Both the position numbers and the translations under genes were made by a program. The notes below the pieces were generated by a model, which had not been told where the DNA came from, did no database searches, and was given only the letters and a program-made list of their open reading frames with translations. Positions 37,471 to 50,600 of a DNA stretch of 64,000 nucleotides are shown here, one piece after another. Source of the stretch: Antedon mediterranea (taxonomy: Eukaryota; Animalia; Echinodermata); assembly GCF_964355755.1 (NCBI RefSeq), contig NC_092678.1, positions 2,372,422 to 2,436,421 of the forward strand, in the 5' to 3' direction. Each line of letters opens with the position of its first letter. Position 1 is the stretch's first letter.

Positions 37471-40047
37471 AATACCTGTAGTATAGAGCGTGTGGCAATT
37501 CACTTACCTTTACCTGTGACCTTATTATATGGCCGCAACACAATAAGCCTACCACTAAATATTGACCATACTGTATGCCTACCACTAAATCTTACGCACA
37601 TTAATAACGGTTGTATGACATAAAATATAGGCCTAGACTAAATAATATAACACTAACAGTGGTATAACTTGCAAAAGTCGGCGTGATAATGTATATGCCT
37701 ACCAAACTAAAACACAACACAGGGAGTGACTTTATTCAGATTGGGGGATGGTTAAAATACAATTTTTATATTTAAATGTGATAGCGAAGATGTAACGTTT
37801 CCACTTCATCAAAATAGATTTTCCATCTCCGTTCTTGCCAATAGTCTGGACAGAGCGACTGTTCAATTGACATCTGAAAGGTAAAAAATAACATATCAAT
37901 AATGGTGGTCGACAACTGAACAAAATAATGCACTTGTCAATTGTATGACATTTTTTGTCAGAGAAAATAATTACAAATACATATTACATAATTGAAACTA
38001 ATTAACTGCGGTCAACATGAGTTCTCTTTGATTGAATACCGGAGGAGGCAGGTAAAGACAAATGTATTATTAATTAAAAAGTTACCTTTGATATTAGTCA
38101 TGTAGGAGCTAATTGTGTTCTATTAACAAGCATCTTTAACTGGTTGACGTACTATAAAATTCCTGTAGAAAAACGAAAGTGAAGATAGAATTTTAAGGCC
38201 ATGTTTTCGCAGCCAAAAATTAACCAATAAAAATTAACCAATATTAACAATATACTGTCTGTGAAAACAGGGTTTAAACGATTCCACTCAAGAAAAATTA
38301 ACCGATTAAATTATATCCTTCAAATCGATAATTATTAATCTTTGACCTGAAGGACAAATTGTTGCGTTGTGATTGTGCATCTGGTTGTTTGATTAACCGA
38401 TAATTTTGTTTTGGCTGTGGAAACACGGCTTAAAAAGTTACACAAGTTTCCAACAAAATCACCTTGGACACCTACTAGTACGCCGAGACAATCAGGGCTT
38501 GGGCCCTCTAAACCGTAATTAAAAATCATCCCTCTAGGCAATGGTGGTACACCCCTAGCCGCAGTACCATGTCCATACCCATACCACTAAAAAGTCAGCC
38601 AACCAGTCAAAACGGGGGTCGTATATTATAGTGAGTGGGTCATACAATTGACAAGAAGTGCAAAAAAAAGGGAAATAAAATCAGACTATAATAAGGCCTA
38701 CTAACTAAAGAATCAGGGGCCCATTTCATCCACCTTGAGAACCTTAGACTAGCGTAATCTAAGCCTAGGCTAGGCCTATCATGCAGCAGCGTTTCTATCT
38801 CTCGAATGGTCGAATCCATGCAGCCCACACAATGCATTATTATAGTAATGAAACCAGGCTAATTAGGCCTAGCATAATTCATGAAATTACTCACGTTAAT
38901 CCTAGACATATCTTTTAAAAAATACATAGATAATTACATTAAACTCTTTTGTACATAAAACCACGGTAAATTCTACAAATACCGCATTATATTCTCATAT
39001 TTAACTGGATTTTAAAGAAGCAAATAACATACTTACAAATCGAATTTACCACCACGTGATGACGTCAGAAAGAAATTATACACGTGACTTGCCATAATTT
39101 CAAACAAAAAGGCTTCGAGAACATCGTCGACCATGTTGCAGGCTTATATTTTTCTTTCATTTATTAACTATATAAACGTCGTCTTTGACAATAAATAAAT
39201 AAAATTTAGCTTTTTAATTGTTCTTCATTTTAATAACATTTTATCTATTCATACAAAAGACTCCGCTAACATTGCCAATGTTTTTACAAACTGTAGTATA
39301 TTATAATATTCAATAGTATTTATATATTAACCACTTTGTTATAATGTAAAATTATTTATTATATAAGTAATTAATATAGGCTAAAATATTGTCTCATATT
39401 TTTTATTGGCTATAATTCAAACTAATAATAATTCAATTCAAACTTATAATGAAATGCAAGGTTTTAAAAATCAGTTACAAAAATAAAAACAATGTACTGT
39501 AATATTTTTTAACAAATTAATTTTACTTTTCAGAAATTAAAACATTTATATTTTCCCACCACCAATAGCATCAATTACCACATAATTTAAAATAGATCTA
39601 ATATCAAGTGAGGTTGTCATTTTCATGTAATAAAATAACAAATTAGCTGCATTGTAAACATTTTTTTTCTAATCGAAAACCATGGATGAATGAATTATCT
39701 CCTGCGCCCCTAACAAGACTATAATGTAGGGCCTGGCTATATAAAGTCCCTAGATTCCTAGTAACTACCTGCTTTATTATTAACTAAAAATTCATATTAA
39801 TTTAGCTGCACATATAGTACTATGAAATTATTTTTCTATTTTTCTAATTACTGTATACGAATACTGAGTTTATATATAAAACATTTCATATCTGTCTACA
39901 AATTTCTTTCTCTATAAATACATTATTTTACTATAGGAAATATAAAAAAACATTTTCTTTAAGTTGATGGTTATAAATGGTGGTCGTCTATCCATTAAAG
40001 GTTCGTTTTTGTTTGTTGTTTACATAATGTTGGTCGCTTGGTTGCAT

Positions 40048-41585
40048 TTAAAGAGCTGGCTTGGCCCATTTGTATGTACCGGTAAAAACAAAGTTATGTT
40101 TCTTAAGAAGTTCATCCGCTTCTGCAGGACCTCGTCTATAAACAAAAAAATGTATTATTATTAATATATTATTATAATAATTAACTGTTACTAATTAATT
40201 ATATATTCTAAGGGTTATCAGAAAACTTCGATTCTGTGAAGTATATCGTTCCTATAAATTTATTGCGTAAATAAAATTCAAGCTCTCACTAACAGGGCGA
40301 GCATCTTAACTGTTAGACCACAGAGGCTCCATAGTTAAACAAGTTCAAATAGCTATACATTGTTTATTGTCAAAGAGTGTTATTGATTTATTTATTTTCC
40401 AGTTTATCACTGAGTAGTTTCGTCATGCCTGTTAAATTTATATATACCATAACCGAGATACTCCTAGGGGGCTGGAAACATTATCAGGCTACAGTTAGGG
40501 GGTGGGCTTATACTCATGTATGGGATTATACTTGGGCATACAGTACATACACACCAATGCAATTGATAAGCATTGTCTACTTACCCTCCGTATTTATACT
40601 CAATTGGTTTCGGTTTATCGTTTTCAATTTTGTGCAAAAGTGGTGTAAAGATTCTCCATGCCTCGGCCAACTCATCACTAGAAATTTTTAAAAAAACAAT
40701 AAATTAGAGAGATATGATGTAACTTAATAATGAATTTGTCATGTTCACGAAACCATATTATTTCAACTACATTGGATAAACATACCTTCTGACAAAATGA
40801 ATTTGATGGCCACAGAAAACATCTAGAATCAACCTTTCATAAGCGTCCGGCATAGACACGCCTTTGTAACGAGAGCCGTAAGTAAGATCTAATTCAGTCT
40901 CCTCAACGTCAAAAGACATGCCTGGTTTCTTGGTCATCATTTTACAATAAACAGCTTCACCGGGTTGTACACGAATTACCAGCTCGTTACGCTTGCAATT
41001 ACCGCTGAAGATGTCTCCTGGTACGTCTTTAAACTGTACACGTACTTCAGCTTTTCTTTCATTCAAGGCTAAATATTGAAAAAGACTATTAGTTTAAAAC
41101 ATGTTCATTACCTAATGAAATTTGGATTAAATTAAGAAGGGGTCTGTTCTTGCTGCATAGCGCTGAATAAACCGTTTTTTTTCCCAAAGTATCAGTTTTA
41201 CGCAGACCGCATTTATACTAAATTTCTGCTCTCAATAAAGGTTAACAGCAGAAACAGGACCATGGTATTGCTTTTATCTTAGCTCTCATTACAAGGCTCT
41301 GATAGTAACACTCAAGTGGTCATATTCACCAATCACACTTAAGTATTAGGTCAATTAGGTCAATAAATATAAAAGGATTTCCTTATAGAAGAATGTTTTT
41401 AAATTTTAAGGGTTTTTCCCTTAGCCCAAGTGTGATTCGTGAATATGCCCACAGGTGTATGACTTCATGGAAAAACAATTATTCAAAATTCTTACCTTTT
41501 CCACATTTTAAGATAAAAGGTACACCTGAAAGATTAGTAAAGAAGAGTCAATTAATTAGTTTCATTGAAATAATATTATTATTAC

Positions 41586-41633
<48 letters not shown>

Positions 41634-44600
41634 AAATATCAGGCTTCTTAGTACAAACACCAAAGACGGCTTGCTTATTATTTTAGTTTTTTTTTTTCTA
41701 GCTGGATTTGCTGGATTTGGGAGATAAAAATGAGCACTAATAAAATCAGGTGATTCTTTTTTCAATTAAATAAGTGAATTTTTTACTAACCGTCCCATCT
41801 CTCATTTTGAATTTTGAAGACGGCCGTGGCAAATGTAGGAGTGACAGACCCTTTGGGAACAGTGGGATCATCAAGGTATCCTTCCTTGGCATCTACATCT
41901 CCATCTGGATCACCAACGTACTGACCTAACACAACATCATCTAAAGTTAAGGGTTCAATGCGCTTCAACACTTTTACCTATAAATGAATACAAAAAATTA
42001 TATATTTAAAGTTTACACTGTGAAGAGTTAAAACATGTCAACAATTGTATATACATAAGTTTACACTGTGAAGAGTTAAAACATGTCAACAATTGTATAT
42101 ACATAAGTTTACACTGTGAAGAGTTAAAACATGTCAACAATTGTATATACATAAAATCTAAGCTAATAAAACTAAGTTCTGAATATTGTATTCAATGTGA
42201 CTTGAGTCCAATGAGTGCGTAATGAGGCAGAGATTACTTTATTTGTTTTCACAAAATAAACTTTAAAATGATGCATAACTAATTCTGTAACATCAATTTA
42301 AGACCCTTTGATCCATTATTCAACAATAGCCTCATGGGGAATTATGCAACATAAAATTACAGTTATCAATTATTAACTTAGATTAGAAATGAAATTAAAT
42401 TCATAAAAAGAAAAACTTTTTTATACTCATGGCAAATTCATTCTCATGAATATATCATTTATCAAGCAATATCAATACATTAGTGCAAATTAAGTAATTA
42501 CATTATTTTATTGCACTATGATAACAAGTCAATCACAATACATTAAGGCTGATTATTCCTTATATTAATAAAATATATTAATTGTACTATAAATAGCTTT
42601 TTATACCTTCTCATCTCGTATGTCTTTTGCATCCGTTGACCCTGGTTTTTCCATTGCAAATAATGACAAAATTTGTAGAAGATGGTTTTGCATAACATCT
42701 CTGAAATTACATAAATATTATTTTCATTAATATATTAATATATAAGTGATAATATATAATATTACTGCCCTGTAGTCAGTGTCAACCATGCTTAAGCCTT
42801 GTTCACACTGGACTAGTCAGTGTCAACCATGCTTAAGCCTTGTTCACACTGGACCTTTTATGGTCAATTTAATCGCATAGCTTTACCCAATGTCATTGGA
42901 AGATTTTACCATTGTTCACGCAGTTAGATTTACCATAATTTTACCAAAATTTTACTGTGATGTAAAAAAAACCATTGACATTGTGTTAACATGAGTCGCA
43001 TGTTCGGATTGGACTTCTTAGCCATGTGGTTAGTATTACCAAGACCATGGTTAGTTTTACTGGACAGGCAGTGGTCGGTAAAAGTAACTATTGGACTTGG
43101 TTAATTTAACCTTGTGGGAATTGCAGGCAGTTTTCGGATTGGACTTCTTGGTCACTTAAGTTGGCGACTCGGTCCAGTGCAATCAATGCTTTAGTACCAT
43201 ACAAGATATTCTTTATAATATATTTTTTCCAATTCTCACTAACACCCTCAAAGAATTTCAATATACAGTACATGACTGAAAATCTTACTGTACCTTATAA
43301 TACCAAATTCATCAAAGTAGCCTCCCCTTCCAGTCGTTCCAAAGGGTTCTTTAAAGGTGATAATAACACTAGCTATGTTATCACGGTTCCAAACAGGTGC
43401 AAAAATGCGATTTCCAAACCTACACAAAAATAAAAAACAAAGAAATAACCCATGAATTTGATATAATAATAATAATGAGCTGATAGGCAGGGATGATCGG
43501 TGCGGCCTTCCAAGACTATGTCTATAATAGAATGTATAACAAACCAATCATCTGCTTTTCAATGTATATTATACCAAGGCAATCTAACAACAGGACACTA
43601 AGCTCGCCTTGCCAAGATAGGAACGTGTAACAGTCCTTTGATCTTATGTCTGGCTGCAACAAATACCAACAATACTGTACTATGTACATACTTTCCACAA
43701 CGAGCTGTGTCTGTTAACGGACGTTGAACTGATCGTGTCGCAGCCACAGATAAACCCTTTGATCTCCAGAGCTCAGCAGCCTCTTGTTAGATTATACTGT
43801 ATGTGTATTTTCTATTGTGTAATGCAATGGAGGGCACGCTAGTATAAGTTACAGTAAATGTCTTACACATTAAGTGCCACCAATCAAGTATGATGTACAT
43901 TCCCATATGTTAATAAACTACCTTACAAATACCTTAAAATCATTAAATTCTGCACCATTTCTTTGCCAAGATAATGATCAATACGGTACATCTGGTCTTC
44001 AGTGAATAACGCACTAAGGTGGTTAGAGAGGTCGGCAGATGATGCAGAGTCCTTCCCAAACGGCTTCTCAATAATCACACGTGTCCATCCTCTATTAACA
44101 TAACAAAATACAACTTGTGATGTGCCCATATATGGACATAATGATCATATCACTACCATATTTGAGCACATCACACTTTTCTAGTTTGATAGTGTAGACA
44201 GAGCTTTAAAGGTTACAATCAAACATATACACAAGATGCTCTACATAAACAAACAAATAAGTTTTAAACACGTTTTTGCAGTGGAGTTAATTTGTTTATC
44301 ATAACAAATCCCGACATCTAACAGGATTTGAACCCAGGACCCTATTACCCACTGTGTCACAACTCCGATATTTCAATACAAGTCATTGGATAATACTGTA
44401 CCTTTTGCTCATGCATTTTGCTTTGATGTGTTTTGTAACATCTTTGAAAACGCTTGGTGGAAGGGCGAGGTAGAACAGTCTGTTTGCAGGTTTGTCCTTT
44501 TTCTTATCTTCAATTGCTGTAAGTACATCATCTAAGTGTTCAAAGCCGTCTTCTTCTTTGTACGAACCCTTTACATAGCGATTCTGTTTAAAGAACTCAT

Positions 44601-47600
44601 CAAGTTTTGTGCGTTCGCCATCTTTCACCTAAAAATATTTAAATATTTAACTATTTTGTTCTGTAACAAATTTTAAAAACAGTTATACTTTGCAGGTTTG
44701 CCATCTTTCAGCTAAAAATGTTTAACATTGCATTTATACTTCTGGATGATAATGGTCTTATTCACCTTCATATATGGTTCAGATCTATTTTTAATATCAC
44801 TGATGGATAAAACCGATCGAGCATAACCAACAAAGATTGTGTTCTTTGGTAAGAGATCATCTTTAAAAAGCCACCTGCAATATTCAAAATAGTTCATGTA
44901 TAAATGTTTAATTAATCCACCTTCACAAAATTATGGAATTCAAATTCAAAACAGAACTAAGGGTAACATATTATAGTATATTAATATAAATGTGTTTATT
45001 ATTTCTTTTTAAAGACATTTAACAGTTCAAAGCTCTGTCTACCCTATCACATTTTATGATGACAAAAAAGTGTGATGTACCTAAATATTGTATGGTAGTG
45101 ATATGCCTAAATATGGTAGTGGTTTTGACATCATCAAGTCCATATATGGACACATCACATTATTTAAACTTTAAACTCCAACCACAGTATCAAAACCCAA
45201 CCACATTATATGGCTCAAATGAGGCAATTCTTTATATCTATCATCCATGGATTAGGCTAGTACTACATTTTTCAGTAATTTTAAATTTATATAAAACAAA
45301 ATATGCTTTTGCTTTGCTTTTCTTTCTGTTAGTCTTTCATTAATAAATAACTGGCCTTTGTTGTGATAATATTATAATTTAAATTACACATTACTTCCTT
45401 AACTGATGTTATCTTTACTATAGTGAGTTGGCTTTAATTAAAACTGCACAGTCACTCAGAACTCACAAACCAAGGCTTTATTTTACAGGTCAACAAATAG
45501 GTTAAACTAAGTGCAACAACTCAATTATCATTTATGTATGATACCTTTAGAATTTACGATAATTTTATATATTAAATTGTATGCTTACCACAATGTTGGG
45601 TAAATCTTTTTCTTGGCCAAGTCTCCCTGAAAAAAAAACAAATTGAAAATTGAATTGCCATTGTTGCCATATTAAATTATTGCATTCATATATCATACTG
45701 CACATACTTTATTGCCATTGTTGCCATATTAAATTATTGCATTCATATATCATACTGCACATACTTTATTGCCATTGTTGCCATATTAAATTATTGCATT
45801 CATATATCATACTGCACATACTTTATTGCCATTGTTGCCATATTAAATTATTGCATTCATATCATATACTGCACATACTTTATTGCCATTGTTGCCATAT
45901 TAAATTATTGCATTCATATAAACGGTCTGCTGTACCGTATATTGTTAATCTGCTTAACTCGAAATAATTGTTTTATATAGGATTTTTATAAGAAAATAAA
46001 TAAATTCATTTAAATTAATACTATTGTATATATTGCTTAAAATAAATTAAAACCTTGATAAATATTTTTAAAATACTAGATAAATTTTAATGATTAATGT
46101 ACAGTATATTTATTTTTCTTATGCATATTGTAAATTGTTTTGTATTTTTTATCTGTAATGTAAACTTTTTATATAATGTGCTACAATAATTTCAGACTTG
46201 TTCTGCTTTTTGTAATGTTTTATATACCGAAATAAATAAATAAATAAATAAATATATCATACTGTACATACTTTATTGCCATTGTTGCCATATTAAATTA
46301 TTGCATTCATATCATACTGTACATACTTTATTGCCATTGTTGCCATATTAAATTATTGCATTCATATCATATACTGCACATACTTTTGTACAAATCACTT
46401 CATATCACAAAAGGATAGATTGCATTTGCAGAATTTGCGGACAGTATTATAGTGCAGTTACACTTACAGTAAAATAATAGTATAGTACTTTATAGTATAA
46501 TACAGTATAGTATCAATACAGTATTAATATAGTAAAATAATAGTACAGTACTGTATTTTATATATAGTACAGTAATAGCATGATCAATAATACTATAGCA
46601 TAGCCAATAATAAATAGTACAGCAATAGTATAGTGCACTATACGATTTTATAATCACTCATAATATGAATCAATAGGTCAATTCTACTGTCACTTTAGAC
46701 CAGGTCACCAAGACAACTATTTGTTGTTTCCATGGTAACAGAGAGGCTGAACAAGCAAATATTAATTGCCAAAGACTGTACACTTCAATTAGCTATGTGA
46801 TAAAAAATTAATGCTTAATATATAAATTCTCATGGCTAAGTGAAGAGAGGAAGAGAGACTAAGTTTCTGCATGTTTTATTTTAGGTTAAAAAGTTAATTG
46901 GAACTTGACATATTAAAGCAATTTGTAGCCTAACACTTAACACACTCTTAACCCTTTTTTGTTGTTGAATTATTGACAGAAGGGAAATGTTACAAAACAT
47001 TATGAGTCCGAAAATAAATTTAAAAAAATGATTTAATATTACCGATGCTCCTAGGATGACAAAGATATGAGGCACCTCCTCCTGTTTCATGGTCTCCTTT
47101 AGCAAAGAAATACTGGTAACCTCCGCTGCGGCTTTTCCCTATAAAACACAATAAACAACAAATTAAAATGTATGTACCTTGGAATTTAAAAAGCCTTTCC
47201 AACTGAATACTGACTGAGAGTAAATAAAAATGGGAATACAGTTTTAAAACTCAAAAGCAATTAATACTATACCAAATTTGGTATTAACTTACATGTAGTA
47301 CCTCAATAACATGTTTGGTAATTAACATATGATATTGTATGTATTAAAAGTTTAATATTATTATTAATAAAATACTAACAAACAAACTGACACGTATACA
47401 GAAAGATATATTTAAGTTTTTAAAATATCAATCAATTAGTTTACAAACTAACTTTAAACCAAAATCAATACCAAATGTATTATATAATTTGTATTATTAG
47501 TATAGTATAATCCAAAATGCAGAACTAGACAAAAAAACGGAGTTCTTTTGGGTAAAAACTACAATAATTAATAAGGTTATAAAAAGAAATTTAATTTCAA

Positions 47601-50600
47601 TATTGCAACACTTAATTAACTTCCCCAGTAAATTTGTTTAAAAATGCTTTTTTCATTTTAAATATTTATATTTACAAGACCAGCATTAAATAATTAATTG
47701 AATAAATTATCATAAAATGCATACATGCACAAGTCTTGCATTAGTTACTGTAATTTTAGTACTAGAAAATGCAAAATATAACATTCAACTAAGTAACTGT
47801 AACTGTTTCCACTAAATACTGTGGAATAGCTTTGCATCGGGGTGTTGAGTAATTGGTCACATTTTGCCCTACTCTGACATAATTTGTACTTTATACTAAA
47901 AAGTAATTCTCGGGTGGGACTCAAATCTATGACCTTCAGATCACCAGCCTGGCGAGCGCTGAGGGCTAGTCCAGAGTAGTTTGGACATAAATGTAGGTGG
48001 TCAGTTGTGGACATGAGCATTGCAAAGGAGATCACGGAATACACTAACAGTGATCGCAAATAAAAAATGTTGAAATTATACAGTACTTAACGTAGAAAGA
48101 ATAAAACAATGCCTATTTGATGAGACATCAATGACAGATAATTTTTAAAGAATTAAAAGAAAACTAGAACCACAACATAATGGGACGAGAGTGGGAGAGA
48201 TGGGGAACTTGACAGTTCTCAAATTGAGTTATGCTGAGCCTGAGAAATTATTAGGTGTACTGTACTACTGTACATAGTATAACACAGACGGTGACAAAAT
48301 GTTGAAAATGATTAAAACAACACAATATCATAATAGCAGATGAACAAGAAAAAACACAAACTAACTGTAAGTGTGAATGAGGACCATGAGATCCTCAAAG
48401 AAAGTTGACTTGATGTCTACTGTAAAACTAAAGCTCTGTCCACACTATAAAACTAGTTTGACAAAAAAGTGTGATGTGCTCAAATATGGTAGTGATATGA
48501 CATCGTCATGTCCATATGGAAACATCACATTTTTTTGTAAGATTAAAGTTTGATACTGCAGACATTTAAGTATAACAATACATTACGGTACAAGAATGAC
48601 TTGATAATGTGACTGTATTCAATGAAAAACTGACATCGAAATGGAGGTTATTATTCATTATGTTTGTCTAGAATGTGGAGATATTTGTAAAACCATGGCT
48701 TATTCTTTATAAATAAAATACAAAATAAATAAATGCCTGAGTTGTTTCATTCAGCAGATAAATGAAGACTTTTCAATCACATAAACGCAATATGAAGTAC
48801 AAAACAACAACAAATAAGGTTACTAGCCAATTAGAATTGTTATAGCTTGTGTTGTAGTCATGGGCCTGTTTTTGCTGCTGCAAAAAATGAATAAATTACC
48901 CTGAATTTCTTTTTCATCAACAAACCACTGATTAGACTTATTTTTTTGGAAGCACATATTTCAAATAAATGGTTATTTGGTGCTATTCAGCAAAAACAGG
49001 CCCTATCACAACATTTTTTTTCAGTTTGTATTTTATGTAAACATTTGTTATGTTTGTTTGTTCTTGTTTCTTACGTAATCTAAATGTCCATATAATGTAA
49101 TGTTTTTAAAACAACTGATATAAATTTGAAAAGCGAGCGGAATGAGTATAACAATGCCATGCACGATACAAGCTTAAAAAATTGATACCTACGTCACAGA
49201 GAAAACAATTAATGATAAATTACTGTTACAAATATGATTATTTATATCAGTTTATGACACAGCTTCTAGTAGACTCCACTGTAAGGAAACAAAACATAAA
49301 ATGCCAAGCAAATAAAAATGATATACTGTATGTGACTGAATATAGTCCCAGGGGGTTGTTCCAAATGTAGGTTGGGGGTTGGATACTACAGTATTGACCA
49401 AATTGATGTGTCCATATTTAGCCTAAATTTGGAGGGGGACAGAATATACATAGAACATGGAATTATACTCTGTCATATACAGTATGGTAATAATAGTTTC
49501 ATTCTATTTCAACCATTTCTAATAGATGGATTGCCTCTTTTTACTGCATGCGTTTCTAAATCTAGTTGTATGGTGTATTTGTTGTACATGAGAATATTTC
49601 TGATTACTTAGGTGTACGGCCCATATGTCAAGGTACATTATTGACATCATTCTGCACTGCATTGTGGGTAATGATGATCTGGAATTTCCCATACAGAGTC
49701 TCCGAAAAATAAAGGAATAATTGGTTTAACTATTTCGAAATAGGAAGGCTCAAGCTATACAGTATTGTACGTGAATGAATACATTTTGCATATCTCAAGT
49801 GGTAATAATCATAGCCACTTGTTACAAGGAAGCTATCAGAGAAATTATAATTCAAATTTATATCCTGTTAGGAGGTATACAGACATTTTACTAACATTCT
49901 TGTCAATGAATACTTACGAAATCCATTGAAAAAAGACAAAGATAATTTATAATAGTTTCTATGAGTCAAAAAAAATATATCAATTTTGCCAAATGTTTAC
50001 ACATTATCGTGGACAAGAAGAGAACGCTAATTAATAACAATAATATAATAACAAAACTGATCAAGTAAGAGAAAGTTTCAAAAGTACTGTACTTTTGAAT
50101 ATCATCCAACAGTATAATGTACCTACCCTGATTGCCTGAATAATATTTTTTGATAAAAATGTACAAAGTAATTGTCCTGTTATTTTATACTTACCTAATG
50201 ACTACAGTTAAAGGCCTATGCTGAAATTGTAGCAATACTATTAATAGTACTAAAAACAGAGTATAAAATTTAACAGCCTCAACTCTCAAGTCATATAGTT
50301 ACTACTGTGTAGAAAGCAGGACAAAATACTGATCTATTAATTCAACATATACAGATCTTGCAGGTAGTTTGTTTTGAATTACAAATATAATGATGATGCT
50401 GGCATGCCTTCTAACTAGCTATTAGAAATTAATAATGTAAATGAGGTATTCACTGTGCTAATCACTAATTTGTATCATTATACATACATTAACAAGTTGT
50501 ACAGAAAAGCTGAGATGCTCTAAGTATGCTCAAATGACACTAGATTGGCTTACATATTAGGCTCTTCAATGGATAGGACGTCTAGTTACTCAAACATGAC

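Noticed and set aside
45650-45967. His/Cys-rich 105-aa ORF
   Set aside because: Translation of an intronic tandem repeat antisense to G6PD.
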